Assembly: GCA_031370005.1 (NCBI GenBank)
Contig: JANMPT010000117.1
Span: 1-64,000, forward strand
Direction of reading: 5' to 3'
DNA length: 64,000 bases
Source: Bdellovibrionales bacterium
GTDB taxonomy: Bacteria; Bdellovibrionota; Bdellovibrionia; Bdellovibrionales; Bdellovibrionaceae
Below, one piece after another: positions 36,585-46,604 of this stretch; the stretch's first letter is position 1, and every line of letters starts with the position of its first letter. The notes beneath the pieces are model-generated. The model searched no databases, was not told the DNA's origin, and saw only the letters and a list, made by a program, of their open reading frames with translations. The position numbers were made by a program, and so were the translations under genes.

Positions 36585-37994
36585 TTAGCGTCCCGGGCGA
36601 AGAATACTCGGGTTTGGCGCAGATACTGTCGGCGCTTGTGTTGCGTGGAACACTTGGATCGTTGCTGTTCCTGGATTTTCAATTGCATTCAAAGTGGCAA
36701 TCCGTGGAGTACTTTGGTTTGCCGTATTCGCGGCCGTCAAGCCATTGCTCATGACTGTGATTCCACGGCCTGCAGTACGCTGTTGAATCAAAGGACTGTT
36801 GCGCGGAGTAAGTGTGAATGTCTGACCATTCCCATCAACAATCACGCTGCCATCTGAGAGGGCCACTGACGGAATGACATATGTTAGTGGGCTTGTAGCC
36901 ATACCTTGGATTGCCGCATTGACCACGTTTGCATAATTATCTTGATACAAGTTGTCGAATTGGTCTTGATTGATCAAATTGCTCCACTGCGCGCTTGAAA
37001 GACCATCATAGAGACTGCCGCCAATTTGATTCGCAACTTGCGTAGCGGCCTCTCTTCGTGCATAACCTTCGCCTTGCAATCTTAAGGCTTGGCCCGGATT
37101 GGATTGTTTAATTTGATCTGCTTGTTTTAATTTTCTTTGCGCATCTTCTTGATTGGCTAGAACGGCCTTTGCTGCAATAGCTGTCAATTGTTGACGTAGG
37201 TAATTGTATTTCTTGTCAATGCTTGAAATCATATCTTCTACTAGGTTTTGAGTTTTTTCACGGCGATTGTCTTTTTCGGTATCAATGTCAGCAAATGGGT
37301 CGTTGCGCATTCTTCTAGCGGGTAACAGATCGCTGATATCTTTGAGTCCTGAGATAAGGCCAGGTTGGATTTCTTCTTTAAAAAGAGCCATAATCTCTTC
37401 TTTTTTGTACTCTTTCTTTTTCTTTCTATTTGCTGAGCTGCTTTTAAGTAAGCGAGTCAGGCCATTTGAAAAACACTCGGTTCGTGAGTCATTTTCTTTA
37501 TTTTCACATTTCAGTTTAAGCGCAGCAATATCTTTGTCCTCAGATTGATCATCAGCCTCGGTTGTTATTTTTTGTTTTTTACGCGAAGCGAGTTTTTGAT
37601 CTAAGTCTTCTCCATCGGAAGAAACTTCTGATTTTTTGCTCATAGCTTTGCGAAGAGCCGCCTCTAAAGAGGTCGCACTGCTGTCGAAGTTTTTTGGTAA
37701 TAAGTATTTCTTGCCGCAAGTATAGCAGGCACCACCTTCTAACATTTCAGGCACGATAGCGGCAGTTTGCTCGCTGTTTTCTTGAATGTACTTTACTTTA
37801 AGTTCTTCACCCTTATCAGAAATAAAGGGTTCAAGTTTCATATTTGGATCTTGGCTTTTTTCTGCTGCCTTTGAGGCAAGGTTTGTTGATCCATAATTTG
37901 TACCCGTCAATCCCATTACAAGATTGAAGCTAAGTACTGATGCTAAACTGGCCGTAAGCACCCATTTCCTTTGTATATCTGTTAGTTTTTTCAT
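36585..37994 (-). CDS. Secreted/membrane-anchored hypothetical protein
   Basis: N-terminal hydrophobic segment, NLAS motif, CYTC, helical body; GGAGG RBS. Confidence 0.7.
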   Translation of the reverse strand: MKKLTDIQRKWVLTASLASVLSFNLVMGLTGTNYGSTNLASKAAEKSQDPNMKLEPFISDKGEELKVKYIQENSEQTAAIVPEMLEGGACYTCGKKYLLPKNFDSSATSLEAALRKAMSKKSEVSSDGEDLDQKLASRKKQKITTEADDQSEDKDIAALKLKCENKENDSRTECFSNGLTRLLKSSSANRKKKKEYKKEEIMALFKEEIQPGLISGLKDISDLLPARRMRNDPFADIDTEKDNRREKTQNLVEDMISSIDKKYNYLRQQLTAIAAKAVLANQEDAQRKLKQADQIKQSNPGQALRLQGEGYARREAATQVANQIGGSLYDGLSSAQWSNLINQDQFDNLYQDNYANVVNAAIQGMATSPLTYVIPSVALSDGSVIVDGNGQTFTLTPRNSPLIQQRTAGRGITVMSNGLTAANTANQSTPRIATLNAIENPGTATIQVFHATQAPTVSAPNPSILRPGR

Positions 37995-38047
37995 GTCATC
38001 CTCCTAGATTTGAGCCTGCCTGGCTCTTGTTTCTATAAGTTTAGTAA

Positions 38048-38101
38048 AGCGAGACCCAAGCCAATGTGCCAAAAACCCACATCCTGGTTAAGTATTTGAT
38101 T
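38048..38101 (-). promoter_or_regulatory. Candidate sigma54 promoter with adjacent IHF site
   Basis: Minus strand TTGGCTTGGGTCTCGCT (GG-N10-GC); TAAGTATTTGATT at 38089-38101 is an exact IHF consensus. Confidence 0.45.
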
Positions 38102-38252
38102 TTGTTGGGATCACTTGATCGTTTTGAATTGAAACAAGCAATGACAGTTGTCAAACTTCTAGTGTATCACTCTGAGAACCAGAAAAACTCCATGTAGTTT
38201 GGAGGTCTTAGGAATGTTATAAGACCCTATGTAAGAAGGACTGAATGCGCCC

Positions 38253-39449
38253 ATGAAATTGCAGTTTAAGCGAGCCCACAGATCAGATTTTATTTCGGCC
38301 TCCGATTGGAATCGCTGGACATGGCAACTTCAGAAGAGCCTTAAGTCGCGATTAGACTTTGAAAATTTCTTTGAATTAAGCGCTGAAGAGCGCCAGGCCT
38401 TCCAGCAGGGGCCCGAAGTTTTTAATATTCGCAGCACTCCTTATTATGCCAGTCTTGCCGGGACTCATCCCGCAGATCCGATACGGAAAATCTTGATGCC
38501 GAATGCTTTGGAGCTCGCGACTCCGACACAGGCGATGCTCGATCCTTTAGGCGAGGGCAAGAATAACCCTGCGCCTAGAATCATTCATCGCTATCCTGAT
38601 CGCGTGCTTTTTTTGATCACCGATATTTGCAGTGTTTATTGTCGCTATTGCACTCGTAAGCATTTCACCGGGCAAGAGCAGGCTTTCATTAAGCCAGATG
38701 AATACACAGAGGCGCTCAGTTATATTAAGTCACACCCAGGCATTCGCGAGGTGATTCTTTCTGGTGGCGATCCGCTTACGGTGGGTGACGCTCAGTTGGA
38801 TCGCACACTTTTTGATCTTCGTCAGATTGAGCATGTGGAAATCATTCGTGTAGGCAGTCGCATGCCGGTGGTTTGTCCAATGCGAGTCAGCGAAGATCTG
38901 GTGAAAATTTTGCGTAAACATAAGCCGGTCTTTTTGATGTCCCACTTTAATCATCCGCGGGAAATCACAGAAGAGGCTGCAATCGCCTTGGAGCTTTTTG
39001 TTGATAGGGGTATTCCGGTGATGAATCAGATGGTGTTGCTCAATGGAGTGAACAATCATCCGGCGATTGTGCAAGCCCTATCGCGACGCTTATTGTATTT
39101 GCGAGTGAAGCCTTACTATATGTTTCAATGCGATCCCTCTCGTGGGACCGATCATCTGCGAACAAGCATAGAGGACTCTCTTGAGATTCAAAAAGAATTA
39201 TGGGGGAACTTGTCGGGTCTAGCGATGCCGACACTTTCCTTGGATATCCCGGAAGGCGGCGGCAAGACTTACTATGTACCAAATTATGAAATACAGGTCT
39301 CCGCAGAAAAACGTAGCTATCGTGGCTGGGATGGCGTGGAGGCTGAATATATGAATCCACCAAGCAAACGTATTGAAAAGCCCTTAGATGCTGAAGTTTA
39401 TTTGGAAGAGTGGGAGTCTTTGAAGAGCGCTAAGAGCGGCTCCAGGTGA
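38253..39449 (+). CDS. KamA-family radical SAM protein (lysine 2,3-aminomutase-like)
   Basis: HRYPDRVL, CSVYCRYCTRK, LSGGDPL, HFNHPRE, GGGK. Confidence 0.9.
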   Translation: MKLQFKRAHRSDFISASDWNRWTWQLQKSLKSRLDFENFFELSAEERQAFQQGPEVFNIRSTPYYASLAGTHPADPIRKILMPNALELATPTQAMLDPLGEGKNNPAPRIIHRYPDRVLFLITDICSVYCRYCTRKHFTGQEQAFIKPDEYTEALSYIKSHPGIREVILSGGDPLTVGDAQLDRTLFDLRQIEHVEIIRVGSRMPVVCPMRVSEDLVKILRKHKPVFLMSHFNHPREITEEAAIALELFVDRGIPVMNQMVLLNGVNNHPAIVQALSRRLLYLRVKPYYMFQCDPSRGTDHLRTSIEDSLEIQKELWGNLSGLAMPTLSLDIPEGGGKTYYVPNYEIQVSAEKRSYRGWDGVEAEYMNPPSKRIEKPLDAEVYLEEWESLKSAKSGSR

Positions 39450-39831
39450 TTTATTTAAACACCATATTTGATCCTGTTCAAAAGTAGATACTGTAGATAC
39501 TCGTTCTTATCCAACCGTTCCGACCACTACTTTGATTATTTGATGAGTTTTTCTGGAGTCGAGCAAGGGGTTTTTGCGGGTGGCTAGGTCTTTTTGGAGA
39601 TTCCTGTTCAATGGGATCCCTAAGTGGACCCGGTCTCCTAGGGCTGTGCTCAATCAGAATGCGAATCCCAAATGTCTGACGAAGACCTGATTTCTTTCGG
39701 TAATGGGTCCACCTAATTATTGGAGATCAGACCTTGAGGGCTTTATAGAGGGGCATGGCCTTTAGCAGGCCACGGGTCCTTCCAACACGACTCCTTGGGG
39801 GTCCCCACAAAGTCTGTTATCAGCGAACTCG

Positions 39832-42078
39832 CTACTTAGCTCCCCGTGTATTATTTTGCAATGGTAGCGATCCTCTGTTCGATTTTAATCCATATAAGTA
39901 GGATTTTCTGTAAAAATCATAAACTGCACACGCCTTGTCTGGGTAACTCTTTTTAGAAAGCATATTATAGTCCATCTTTATTCCTGACCTGTCATAAATG
40001 CTTGAGTATATCTTTCCTGAACAGTATTTACTAACATCAATGTCACCAATTTTTGGAGAATCTGGCACAGCAAGTGATTGCATACAAAGAAGAGCAAGTG
40101 ACTCGTTTGCATCGGGATCATCCTTGGCATCCTTGCTTAGCTTTTCCATTCTTCCTTCAAGGTTTTCTGAAAAAATAGAACCAAGCGCCGTCAGATTTGC
40201 TTTTGACAACTCCTTAGAGGATCTTGATTGCGTCTTGGCGGCCTCAAGCCCGATGTAGTATTTTATTAACTCACCAAGACTGTCATTTGATGATAATTGC
40301 ATTAGAGCCGCTAAATTATCGTCAATTTGTCCTAGACTTATTTTTTGATCAATATCTTGGTTTATGATTTCACTTAAAGATTTGGGTATTGCAAATGTAT
40401 CACCTTGAGGAATAAGCTCCTTTGATAGATCAGTTATTTTCTTAGCTGGATCTGCTGGTTGTTTAGGGCCATTGGGCACTTTTGGATCGACGGGCTCTTC
40501 GATTTTTTCAATTATAGCTAAAGAGCTTAATATTTGAGTTTTTGTTTTTTCAATAAGATCTTTTTGATTTTTCCTTTTTGCAATGCTGTTTGGATCTTTT
40601 AAGAGGTTTTCAAGATAAGCAACAGATGAATTCAAAAACTCTCGCGCTGAACGACGATTGGTTGCACGTGTGTCTACCTTTGACAGAACCAAGTTTGGAT
40701 TACTTTCATTCACCTGAGATAGTCCAATATTTACGTTTTGAGTTGCTTCAGCGACCAGTCCATCTACTATAGGACCAACTTCTGTATTTATATCAGGGGG
40801 ATTGGGATATTGAGTGGTAACATATGTTGTACAGGGAACAGTACCAACATCTTTCCGTACTCGATCCGCTCCCTTTGAATATAAGTAGATGTAAGGTCCA
40901 CAGCTAGTATCAGAAGTAAATGAACTTATAAATGGACCTCCTTGCGTACATGTTCCTGTTGTGTCGCAAGTATTTTTTGGTTGCATTTTTGCTGCCATAT
41001 CGTTGAGTGCTTTTCGCGTTGCATCGCCTTTGTTTGGACTTTGGGCAACGGTTCTTTTTGCTGTATTTAAAATGCCGTCCAAATCAATCTTGGCAGAACG
41101 TAAGTCATTTTGAAGTGAAAGTGCAGTTTTTTTATCTGAAGCTCTTCCCGTGGTTCCAGCAGGGGCTCCAGAGTCAACTTGCGTTATCCAATCCATATAA
41201 GATTGCACATCCTGACCTATTATTCCTATTCCATCTAGCCAACTAGGGTTGTTGCCGTTAGCTTCGGATTTGTTTTTATTAAAATTAATCACTGTTTCAA
41301 CATCACGAGCCTGGCAGTATGTGTAGCCAAGTCCTTCAAACGAACAGCCAATAGCTTCTCCAATCCGATTATTGTTAATTCCTTTAATTTTATTTCCCAA
41401 GCTTCTTTCTCGAAAGAATGAGACAAAATTATCAATCATATTTCCGGTAGCCAACATAAGTGATCCAACCAATCCGGAGGCTAATGATGAACCCAAACCT
41501 AAAACCTGAGCGCCGATTTGAGCAGATAGATTTGGATTTTTCGTAAGGCATTGATCACTTTGCTTTAATCTCGAAAAAAGAACATTAGAATATTTTTGAA
41601 AATTATCGATCGCCTCGAGCCGCTGCCTAGTTTTTTCTTGATTTGAGAGCTTTTTGGATTTTACAATGTTCACCTTGGTTGTAACTAACTCTGTTTTTAA
41701 AGTAGTAATATATGATGTATCTGGACTTGCAGATTTAGATTCTGCTTGTATTGCTAGCTCAAGATCATTAGCTTGCATTGACATATACTCGAGATCATTT
41801 TCAGCAACTCGCGCCTTTAATAACTGTGGGATATTTAATGACTCTATATCCGAAAGAGCTCCTGTTATGCCTTTGCAGGCATTGTCATCACGAATATTTT
41901 CAATAATGTATTTCAATCCGGCACCATCATTTAGCGCAGTATTATTTATCGGCCCTTTGCCTTTGCACCTACTCCCGAATGCAAAAAATAAATCATTTGT
42001 TGGGTCATAACCTTCTGCAAGTGAAAATTGCGAAAAGAGTGAAACGAGTGTCATGCACAGAATAACCCGCATTTTCAT
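39832..42078 (-). CDS. Large secreted hypothetical protein
   Basis: Signal peptide (FSLA|E), coiled-coil helices, multiple Cys; AT-rich. Confidence 0.7.
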   Translation of the reverse strand: MKMRVILCMTLVSLFSQFSLAEGYDPTNDLFFAFGSRCKGKGPINNTALNDGAGLKYIIENIRDDNACKGITGALSDIESLNIPQLLKARVAENDLEYMSMQANDLELAIQAESKSASPDTSYITTLKTELVTTKVNIVKSKKLSNQEKTRQRLEAIDNFQKYSNVLFSRLKQSDQCLTKNPNLSAQIGAQVLGLGSSLASGLVGSLMLATGNMIDNFVSFFRERSLGNKIKGINNNRIGEAIGCSFEGLGYTYCQARDVETVINFNKNKSEANGNNPSWLDGIGIIGQDVQSYMDWITQVDSGAPAGTTGRASDKKTALSLQNDLRSAKIDLDGILNTAKRTVAQSPNKGDATRKALNDMAAKMQPKNTCDTTGTCTQGGPFISSFTSDTSCGPYIYLYSKGADRVRKDVGTVPCTTYVTTQYPNPPDINTEVGPIVDGLVAEATQNVNIGLSQVNESNPNLVLSKVDTRATNRRSAREFLNSSVAYLENLLKDPNSIAKRKNQKDLIEKTKTQILSSLAIIEKIEEPVDPKVPNGPKQPADPAKKITDLSKELIPQGDTFAIPKSLSEIINQDIDQKISLGQIDDNLAALMQLSSNDSLGELIKYYIGLEAAKTQSRSSKELSKANLTALGSIFSENLEGRMEKLSKDAKDDPDANESLALLCMQSLAVPDSPKIGDIDVSKYCSGKIYSSIYDRSGIKMDYNMLSKKSYPDKACAVYDFYRKSYLYGLKSNRGSLPLQNNTRGAK

Positions 42079-42602
42079 TTTGCACTTCCGAGCGAGGCCG
42101 GTATTCTAGAGTTTTGAATGATTTTGATTTTATTTAAAATATTTCTAGTTTCTGAAAAAGATTTTAAAGAAGTGATTCGAATTAAAACAAGATCATTTTT
42201 GGTATTCCAAAAGATGGATTCGGAAATAAATTTTCCATCTTGAGCAACATCTCTTGTGCAACGGAAACTCCTGGCGGATTTTTGTATACAACCCATGTCG
42301 TTTTCTTTTTTATCATATGGTCTAGTTTGCTTACGGCTATTTTTCCAGTATCTTTCGACACTGAATTTATTTGCATATGTTTGAGGTTTATTGTGCACAA
42401 TAAGAATCTGTGGTTCATTGTGGACAGTGCTCTCTTTGATGCGAATTAGTTTTGACTGAAAAGATGGTATTTCAACTTTTGTAGAAATACGAAATGGAAT
42501 AGCAATTTTAAATGTTCTGGATATTTCAATTTCGTTGGTTTCTTTTGCACAAACTGAAATAGAAATAATAAATGCAATAAAAAAACAAACAATGAGTTTC
42601 AT
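42075..42602 (-). CDS. Secreted hypothetical protein
   Basis: Signal peptide; ATGA-coupled to the 748-aa gene. Confidence 0.6.
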   Translation of the reverse strand: MKLIVCFFIAFIISISVCAKETNEIEISRTFKIAIPFRISTKVEIPSFQSKLIRIKESTVHNEPQILIVHNKPQTYANKFSVERYWKNSRKQTRPYDKKENDMGCIQKSARSFRCTRDVAQDGKFISESIFWNTKNDLVLIRITSLKSFSETRNILNKIKIIQNSRIPASLGSAK

Positions 42603-42864
42603 GGCTTCTTCTTCGGCTTAACTAACTGAAAAAATTAGGTAAGTTCTGTTTTTTTGGACTATTGTCTTGTTTTAAATTCAAAACTAAAATCTAAGCAAGC
42701 TTTTGGATGCCCAGTCCATCATCTCAGAGACAAAGCGCCCGCAAGAAACGTAATGGAACTCATTCCCGCCCCTGCGGAGTGTTTGCAAGTAGACAGGGGG
42801 AACTTCAGACATCTTCGAGGTTCTCGAGGTGATCTCAAAGTTCTTTCGGACGGCTTGTAGAGTT

Positions 42865-43428
42865 TTACTTTACATGAACGTGCGACTTATTTTCATCGCT
42901 CGGGTAAGACACTCGTGTGCCCTTCACTTTTGCAAAAGATGTCATTTTATGGGGCCGAGGCAAACCCATGCCAATCAAGTCGGAAACGCTTAGTCCGTGG
43001 GCAAGCAGAGCGTCGGCTATCAGCGAACGGTGGCACCGCCAGGGAAGCGCCTCAGCGCACATAATGACCAGCCGCCGACGTTTGGATAGCGCGATCAACT
43101 GACGCAAATATTTTTCGAACTCGGCTGTCTGCATATAGTCGGCGTAACCGCGAAACGAAGAGTTGCGCCAAGCCTGATTTGGCGAATCCTTTCGCTTGTG
43201 TCTTAAACCTCCTAACCCAGGAGCATGTAAATAACGAATTCCGTGACGAGCGAGAGTCTTGGCCAAACGCACTCCACCATATTGAGGATTGTGACGGGAT
43301 TTTGGAATTGTTCGTACATCGACGACTTGTTTTAATTTCTTGGAGTCGAGCATCGCAATGAACTCGCTTATGGGACGAGTCGAGTGACCGATTGTGAAAA
43401 TGCGGGGCTTTTGCGCCGATGATGCCAT
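42865..43428 (-). CDS. DUF488 family protein
   Basis: IFTIGHSTR, VDVRTIP, LGGLR, MCAEALPWRCHRSLIAD. Confidence 0.9.
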   Translation of the reverse strand: MASSAQKPRIFTIGHSTRPISEFIAMLDSKKLKQVVDVRTIPKSRHNPQYGGVRLAKTLARHGIRYLHAPGLGGLRHKRKDSPNQAWRNSSFRGYADYMQTAEFEKYLRQLIALSKRRRLVIMCAEALPWRCHRSLIADALLAHGLSVSDLIGMGLPRPHKMTSFAKVKGTRVSYPSDENKSHVHVK

Positions 43429-43558
43429 AGATCTGCATTTACCAAAGTTCTGATGGAATGTGAACCTCCAACTTCATTCATACCAACACGGCCGTTTCTG
43501 TTAAAAATCATAATCTTTATGATTTTACTTTTATTTTTCCCAATCTCAGTTTTTGACT

Positions 43559-44728
43559 TCAGTGCTCTTTTCCATCGATTCGTGCCTGAAATAGAAAGGG
43601 CACAAGTCTAATCCCAAGTATCAAATAGGCTCCTGACCAGAATAGCCCAGCCGTCATTACCCACGTCGAATATTCTGCCGGTAAAATTAATGGAAGCAAT
43701 AGCCGAATAAACGCCGCGCTAAAAATAAAGGAAATGGCAATTTTATCCGAAACAAAAAACTGCGGCGGACGACCTGTATGTCCTTGGGAAATTCGAACCA
43801 GCATACTGGGAATAACAATCCCCAAGCACAGCAGCGTAAATATATGAAGCGCAATTGTACCAACACTCCAAATTTCAGCGATCTGTAAAACAGAAAAAAC
43901 AAAATGTATAACAAGTCCAAGATAACCAGCATACATCATAGCGTTCCCAAATTTTTTAAAACCTATATCCGGTCGCCACAGAATCCACCTCAAAAGCAGC
44001 AAAGAGCCTGCAAACATCAGAATGCCAGCGGCAATCAGCGGAGGAAAAAAGTTTTGAAAAACAGAAAGTAGAACTGACGCCTTGATTGAGAAATCTAAAA
44101 TTTTATTCCTATACAGTACCTGCCCCTCCGTATTTTTCATAAATTGTGGTATAGTGCGCTCAAACATGACAACAAAAGCGAGCCGAAAAAGGCCGACTGT
44201 CATGGATATCCCGTACGGATAGTAAGACTCTGAAATTAAGAGATTCTTGGCCACAAGAATAAGGCTCAACAGAACAACAAAAAAATAGTTATCACTGAAA
44301 CTGTCATTGCGCCGATGCTTGAGCAAAGTGCTAATAATATATAATCCACTGGCTGCAAAAAAGAGGCTCATCCCCAAGTGTTTAAGAATCAGACCGCAGC
44401 CTGATGCATAATAAATAAATACTCGTTCAAAAACCCAAAGACCTACGAGAAACATAAGGTTCCCCCCATTAATCCCTCGGACCTTGACCCAGTTCTTACT
44501 TGCAGTTAACAAAAAACCAATAAGCACGGATCCGGCAAATCCAAAGAACATTTCGTGCGCGTGCCACTGAATGGGATTGATCCCGATGGGTAAGGCCAGT
44601 CTTCCTGAAAAAACCAAACCCCAGATTGCTGGCATGAGAAAGCCCATAAAAATAGCAAGCGTGAAGAAAGGTCGAAAACCAGCAGACCACAAGGGATGAC
44701 GTGGAGATAAAAATCGTAACTGTATCAT
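43559..44728 (-). CDS. nnrS: NnrS family protein
   Basis: GFRPFF, WHAHEMFFGF, GFLLTA..NW, RISQGHTGR. Confidence 0.88.
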   Translation of the reverse strand: MIQLRFLSPRHPLWSAGFRPFFTLAIFMGFLMPAIWGLVFSGRLALPIGINPIQWHAHEMFFGFAGSVLIGFLLTASKNWVKVRGINGGNLMFLVGLWVFERVFIYYASGCGLILKHLGMSLFFAASGLYIISTLLKHRRNDSFSDNYFFVVLLSLILVAKNLLISESYYPYGISMTVGLFRLAFVVMFERTIPQFMKNTEGQVLYRNKILDFSIKASVLLSVFQNFFPPLIAAGILMFAGSLLLLRWILWRPDIGFKKFGNAMMYAGYLGLVIHFVFSVLQIAEIWSVGTIALHIFTLLCLGIVIPSMLVRISQGHTGRPPQFFVSDKIAISFIFSAAFIRLLLPLILPAEYSTWVMTAGLFWSGAYLILGIRLVPFLFQARIDGKEH

Positions 44729-44847
44729 AGTCTCCTATTCTGAATTCATATTGCGACATGTAACTGTTTACATATATGCCACCTGATCTGTAATCAGAAC
44801 AATTATCATATTATTTATTTCGTTATGTCATCCATGCGTCGACGTGA

Positions 44848-45209
44848 TCATTGCCAAAATAAAACGAAGCAAACAAATATTCCATAGGCGCCAATGAGCA
44901 CAAGTCCTTCCCTCCTCCTCAATTGGCCGCGAACAAATAAAAAAGCAACAGCTGCGACGGTCATCACGAGAAACCACCACGCCGTCACTCTTGTGAATGA
45001 CGCAATTTCCCCCTCGCCAAAAATTAAAATAGAAAGGGCCATTCCAACAAGCACATTGGGAATCCCGGTTGCGTCGCTGAAACCAGTATGCCCAAAATCC
45101 GTGGCGAAACCTGCCAATGTTTCCCGAGAATATTCGCAGAATCAACCATCAAAATACTGGATAGTAGTAAAATAATAATAAGTTTTTTCGCACCCAAATC
45201 ATCGGCCAA
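44848..45209 (-). pseudogene. Fragmented Ca2+/Na+ antiporter (YrbG-like) remnant
   Basis: Two frames carry LMVDSANILGKHWQVSPRILG and NVLVGMAL...LRRREGLVLIGAY, typical of the C-terminal half of Na/Ca exchangers. Confidence 0.55.
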
Positions 45210-45256
45210 TTAGTTTATAAACTAAAGCGCTTTTTAAATAGCGTGTCAGGTTGGGA

Positions 45257-45532
45257 TTATGCTGTCTTACCCTTAAGGATAGTTTCCAAACGAGCAAGTC
45301 TCGCCTCGAGGCTTCCAGGGCCTTCGACGTGCTTCCTAAGGATATCATTAATCAGCGCCTGGTATTTGCCACCGGGAACCTGCGCCGCCTCCTCTCGAAG
45401 CTTTAAAAGCAGGTCGCCATCAACCCATGTTGTGATTTTCACCTTGTGATTTTTAGGGTCCTCAATGCCTTTTGGCAATTCGGCCTTTCCGAATTTTATC
45501 TTTTTATTTTCTTTGATTACTTTGGATTTCAT
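45257..45532 (-). CDS. BrnA-family antitoxin (RHH)
   Basis: KVKITTWVDGDLL...GKYQALINDILRKHV. Confidence 0.85.
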   Translation of the reverse strand: MKSKVIKENKKIKFGKAELPKGIEDPKNHKVKITTWVDGDLLLKLREEAAQVPGGKYQALINDILRKHVEGPGSLEARLARLETILKGKTA

Positions 45533-45761
45533 CCCATTCCTCCAGCCATTATTCGCTGTACATATTTGTTATCTCTAAAATCTGCTTTAAGGCTTTATAA
45601 GAAAAGCCCTCTGACGCTATCATTTCTACTTTGTCTAAACGGACCTTAGCTTTTGCCTCGTAGGACTTTGGGTTCCCGAGGTATACGGTCACGTGAGGAA
45701 AACCATGGTCGTTTGTGTGAATTGTAAATATTAAATTTTTGAAAATGAAAACTGTACCCAT
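45504..45761 (-). pseudogene. DUF4160-family toxin-like gene with in-frame stop at 45549-45551
   Basis: NDHGFPHVTV motif; the frame continues after TAA as WLEEWDEIQSNQRK*. Confidence 0.6.
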
Positions 45762-45991
45762 GATTAGATAATGCCATACATTGCTGGCAAAGTCAATATT
45801 CGTTAGATTGCATGTCTACTTCGAGAAGAAATAGCCTAATATCGAATGGTTGCCTATAAACAGGTCTAGATCTTCATAAACTTGTTCAATTTACGTCGAG
45901 TCGATGCTGTTAAAACTGGTCGACGGGTATAGTCCCTCTGGCCATGGAGTGTAGGTTCAAGGCTTCGGAATCTGCCTTACGCTAGGGGTTG

Positions 45992-46020
45992 TTGACCTAT
46001 TGGGCCAGTTGCTCTATCTA
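45992..46020 (+). promoter_or_regulatory. Sigma70-type promoter
   Basis: TTGACC-N17-TATCTA upstream of the CoA-binding gene. Confidence 0.45.
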
Positions 46021-46093
46021 CTAGGTGCACGGGTCGTCCGGCGCCCCTAACTACCCGCGCGAGTAGTTTTTCCATCAATTGGTTGGGAGATTT

Positions 46094-46504
46094 ATGAATG
46101 TCGCTGATAATGAAATTAAAGATCTGCTGACCAAATATAAGCAAATGACTGTCTATGGACTAAGTCCCGAGATCGACAAAGCCAGTCATTATGTTCCTTT
46201 GTATATGCGAAATCACGGTTGGGAATTGGTTGGTACTTACCCTAAACCCCATTGTACTGATGAATTTCAAATCTATCCGCAACTGAGTCAAGTCCCAGCA
46301 GAATATCGTAAATTTATTGATGTGTTTCGAAGTCCTGAAAAAATTCCCCAGGTCGTTGATGAGGTCATTGCCCTTGGTGGAGTTGAGGTCCTTTGGCTTC
46401 AATTAGGAATTTCCCATCCCGAGGCAGAAAAAAGGGCTGAACAAGCTGGAATTAAAGTGGTTTCAAATCGGTGTTTAATTATCGAACATAAGAAATGGTT
46501 TTAA
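46094..46504 (+). CDS. CoA-binding protein (YccU-like)
   Basis: VYGLSP, IDVFRSP, LWLQLGI, VVSNRC; ATG 46094 with GGGAGA. Confidence 0.88.
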   Translation: MNVADNEIKDLLTKYKQMTVYGLSPEIDKASHYVPLYMRNHGWELVGTYPKPHCTDEFQIYPQLSQVPAEYRKFIDVFRSPEKIPQVVDEVIALGGVEVLWLQLGISHPEAEKRAEQAGIKVVSNRCLIIEHKKWF

Positions 46505-46604
46505 ATGTGGATCCGGCAAATAGGTTTCCAATGACTGGATCGGGAAGCTTTTCATTTCCGTTGTATCGCTTCGATTGCTTGTGTAAGTAGAAAGGGTTCC
46601 CATT

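Noticed and set aside
37719..37730. CYTC as a heme c motif in the 469-aa protein
   Set aside because: It lacks the His of CxxCH.
45840..45945. AATGGT/AACTGGTCGACGGG stretches resembling reversed tRNA 3' ends (att scars)
   Set aside because: No cloverleaf or T-loop GTTCGA context is recoverable; too short to support.
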